From: Hemiscyllium ocellatum
Lineage: Eukaryota
Reading direction: 5' to 3'
DNA length: 64,000 nt
NCBI RefSeq assembly: GCF_020745735.1
Contig: NC_083439.1
Location: 20,164,596-20,228,595 of the forward strand
Shown: positions 62,678-64,000 of the stretch, in pieces
Numbering within the stretch: position 1 is the first letter of the stretch
Layout: every line of letters begins with the position of its first letter
Program-made: the position numbers and the translations under genes
The notes under the pieces: generated by a model
Database searches by the model: none
What the model was told of the DNA's origin: nothing
The model's input: only the letters and a program-made list of their open reading frames with translations

Positions 62678-64000
62678 AACCAATTTCACAACATGGCTTA
62701 TTTTCCACTCCAAGACTTTGGCAGATTTACTTGCATTACTTATGAAAGTAAATACCATTTGTGAATGAAATACAAATGCAATCTCAAGATTCAATTTATG
62801 ATATTATCAGCAATGATTTTTAAGAATGGTATGTCAAATGTATTGGTGTGACAATAGTACAATTTGATGTACTTGAGGATCACATTATAACCACACTGTT
62901 AACATTTCTACCTTGTACACTATCTGGATTGAGTATCTCATCAAGTATGACTAGAGGGAGAATGGAAGAAAATTACCAGGATGATCATGTCACTCATGGA
63001 GCCCATCCCATACATCCAATGCTCTTCAGGTGCACCTTGGTTGCCATATATATCATCTACAAGGTGCAGTGCAATAATCTGTTCCTTCAGTGGCATCTTC
63101 CAAACTCACATCTTCTACCACCAAAGAGGACAGGGGCAGAAAGCTCATGAGAACACTACCCACCTACAAGTTCAGCTCTGAACAACAGTAAGAAAGGAGG
63201 ACAAATAACAAAAAAAACTGTTCCAGAAACATTTCTGGTTTCAGAGACAAGAACAGTTACACTTGCACTGTCAGGCTCTGTGGCCTGTTGATGAGCTTGC
63301 TCCTTTGCAAATCCTCTTCCTGTTTTGACTTGATTGCATGTGAGATATTACCATTTTGATCTTCAAACATAAGCTCTCAAATCGCTGAAAGAATTCAAGT
63401 AAAATGAGTTGTCAGCCAATAAAAATGTTATCTCTACTTCACTATGTTTGAAGGGACAAAAGGTGGGTAAATATTTTTAAGATTTTTTTTCATGAGTGGA
63501 AATAGGATCTAACAAATTAGATTTCATTCAAACAATGAATAAAAAAGTTAAATAATGTTAAGAAAAAGTGACCCAAGGTAAAAAGATTAATTAGGCAGTT
63601 CAAATTAAAACGTTCACATTTTTTGCTCAACTTGTATTTCTTCCTTTCCCAGGTGGCTTTGGTGAAATTCAGCATGTCACTACATCATGTCTACCAAGAG
63701 CTGATACCTTTAGCATGGGGTAAATAAAAAAATTTTTAAAAACACTGACTTGTTTTTTTCATTTCACAGCTAACATTGCTATAATAAAAGCACTGGAACA
63801 CCTTTACTTACTTTTTTTCTTTATTCATTCACGTGATGAGGGCATCACTGTCTAGGTCAGCCTTTATTGCCCATCCCTAATTGCCCAGAGGGCAGTTAAG
63901 AATCAAACACATTGTTGTGGGTCAGAAGTCACATGTCGGCCAGACCAGGTAAGGATGGCAGTTTCCTTCCCAAAAGGGCATTAGTGAACCAGATGAAAAT

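Noticed and set aside
1-64000. CRISPR arrays, rRNA, intact tRNA, prokaryotic operons
   Set aside because: None seen; the sequence is vertebrate intronic DNA.

Overview
Eukaryotic, AT-rich, intron-dominated vertebrate DNA, most likely a shark (inferred from HE1-type V-SINEs, Deu-domain SINEs and CR1/HER1-like LINEs). The minus strand carries the last five coding exons of GALK2 (N-acetylgalactosamine kinase; exons 6-10 by human numbering: 54573-54671, 48114-48266, 34980-35190, 11865-12066, 6345-6552). They splice GT-AG in frame and end ...YYEA*. The last two exons of a convergent plus-strand gene (1248-1308, 5948-6124; probably FAM227B by synteny) meet GALK2 tail-to-tail, with opposing AATAAA signals only 3 nt apart. 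The introns are full of retroelements and MITEs. The most striking signal is four unrelated Penelope-like element (PLE) families, each carrying a minimal type I hammerhead ribozyme with covarying stems and a palindromic stem III. Many copies are short fold-back insertions with about 37-nt tails and variable target-site duplications. Also notable: a diverged copy of GALK2 exon 7 with the same 153-nt AG-to-GT spacing, several short-range non-tandem duplications, a piggyBac-type MITE, a decayed tRNA-Ser and a TE-poor block that may be regulatory. All calls were made by eye, with no database searches.
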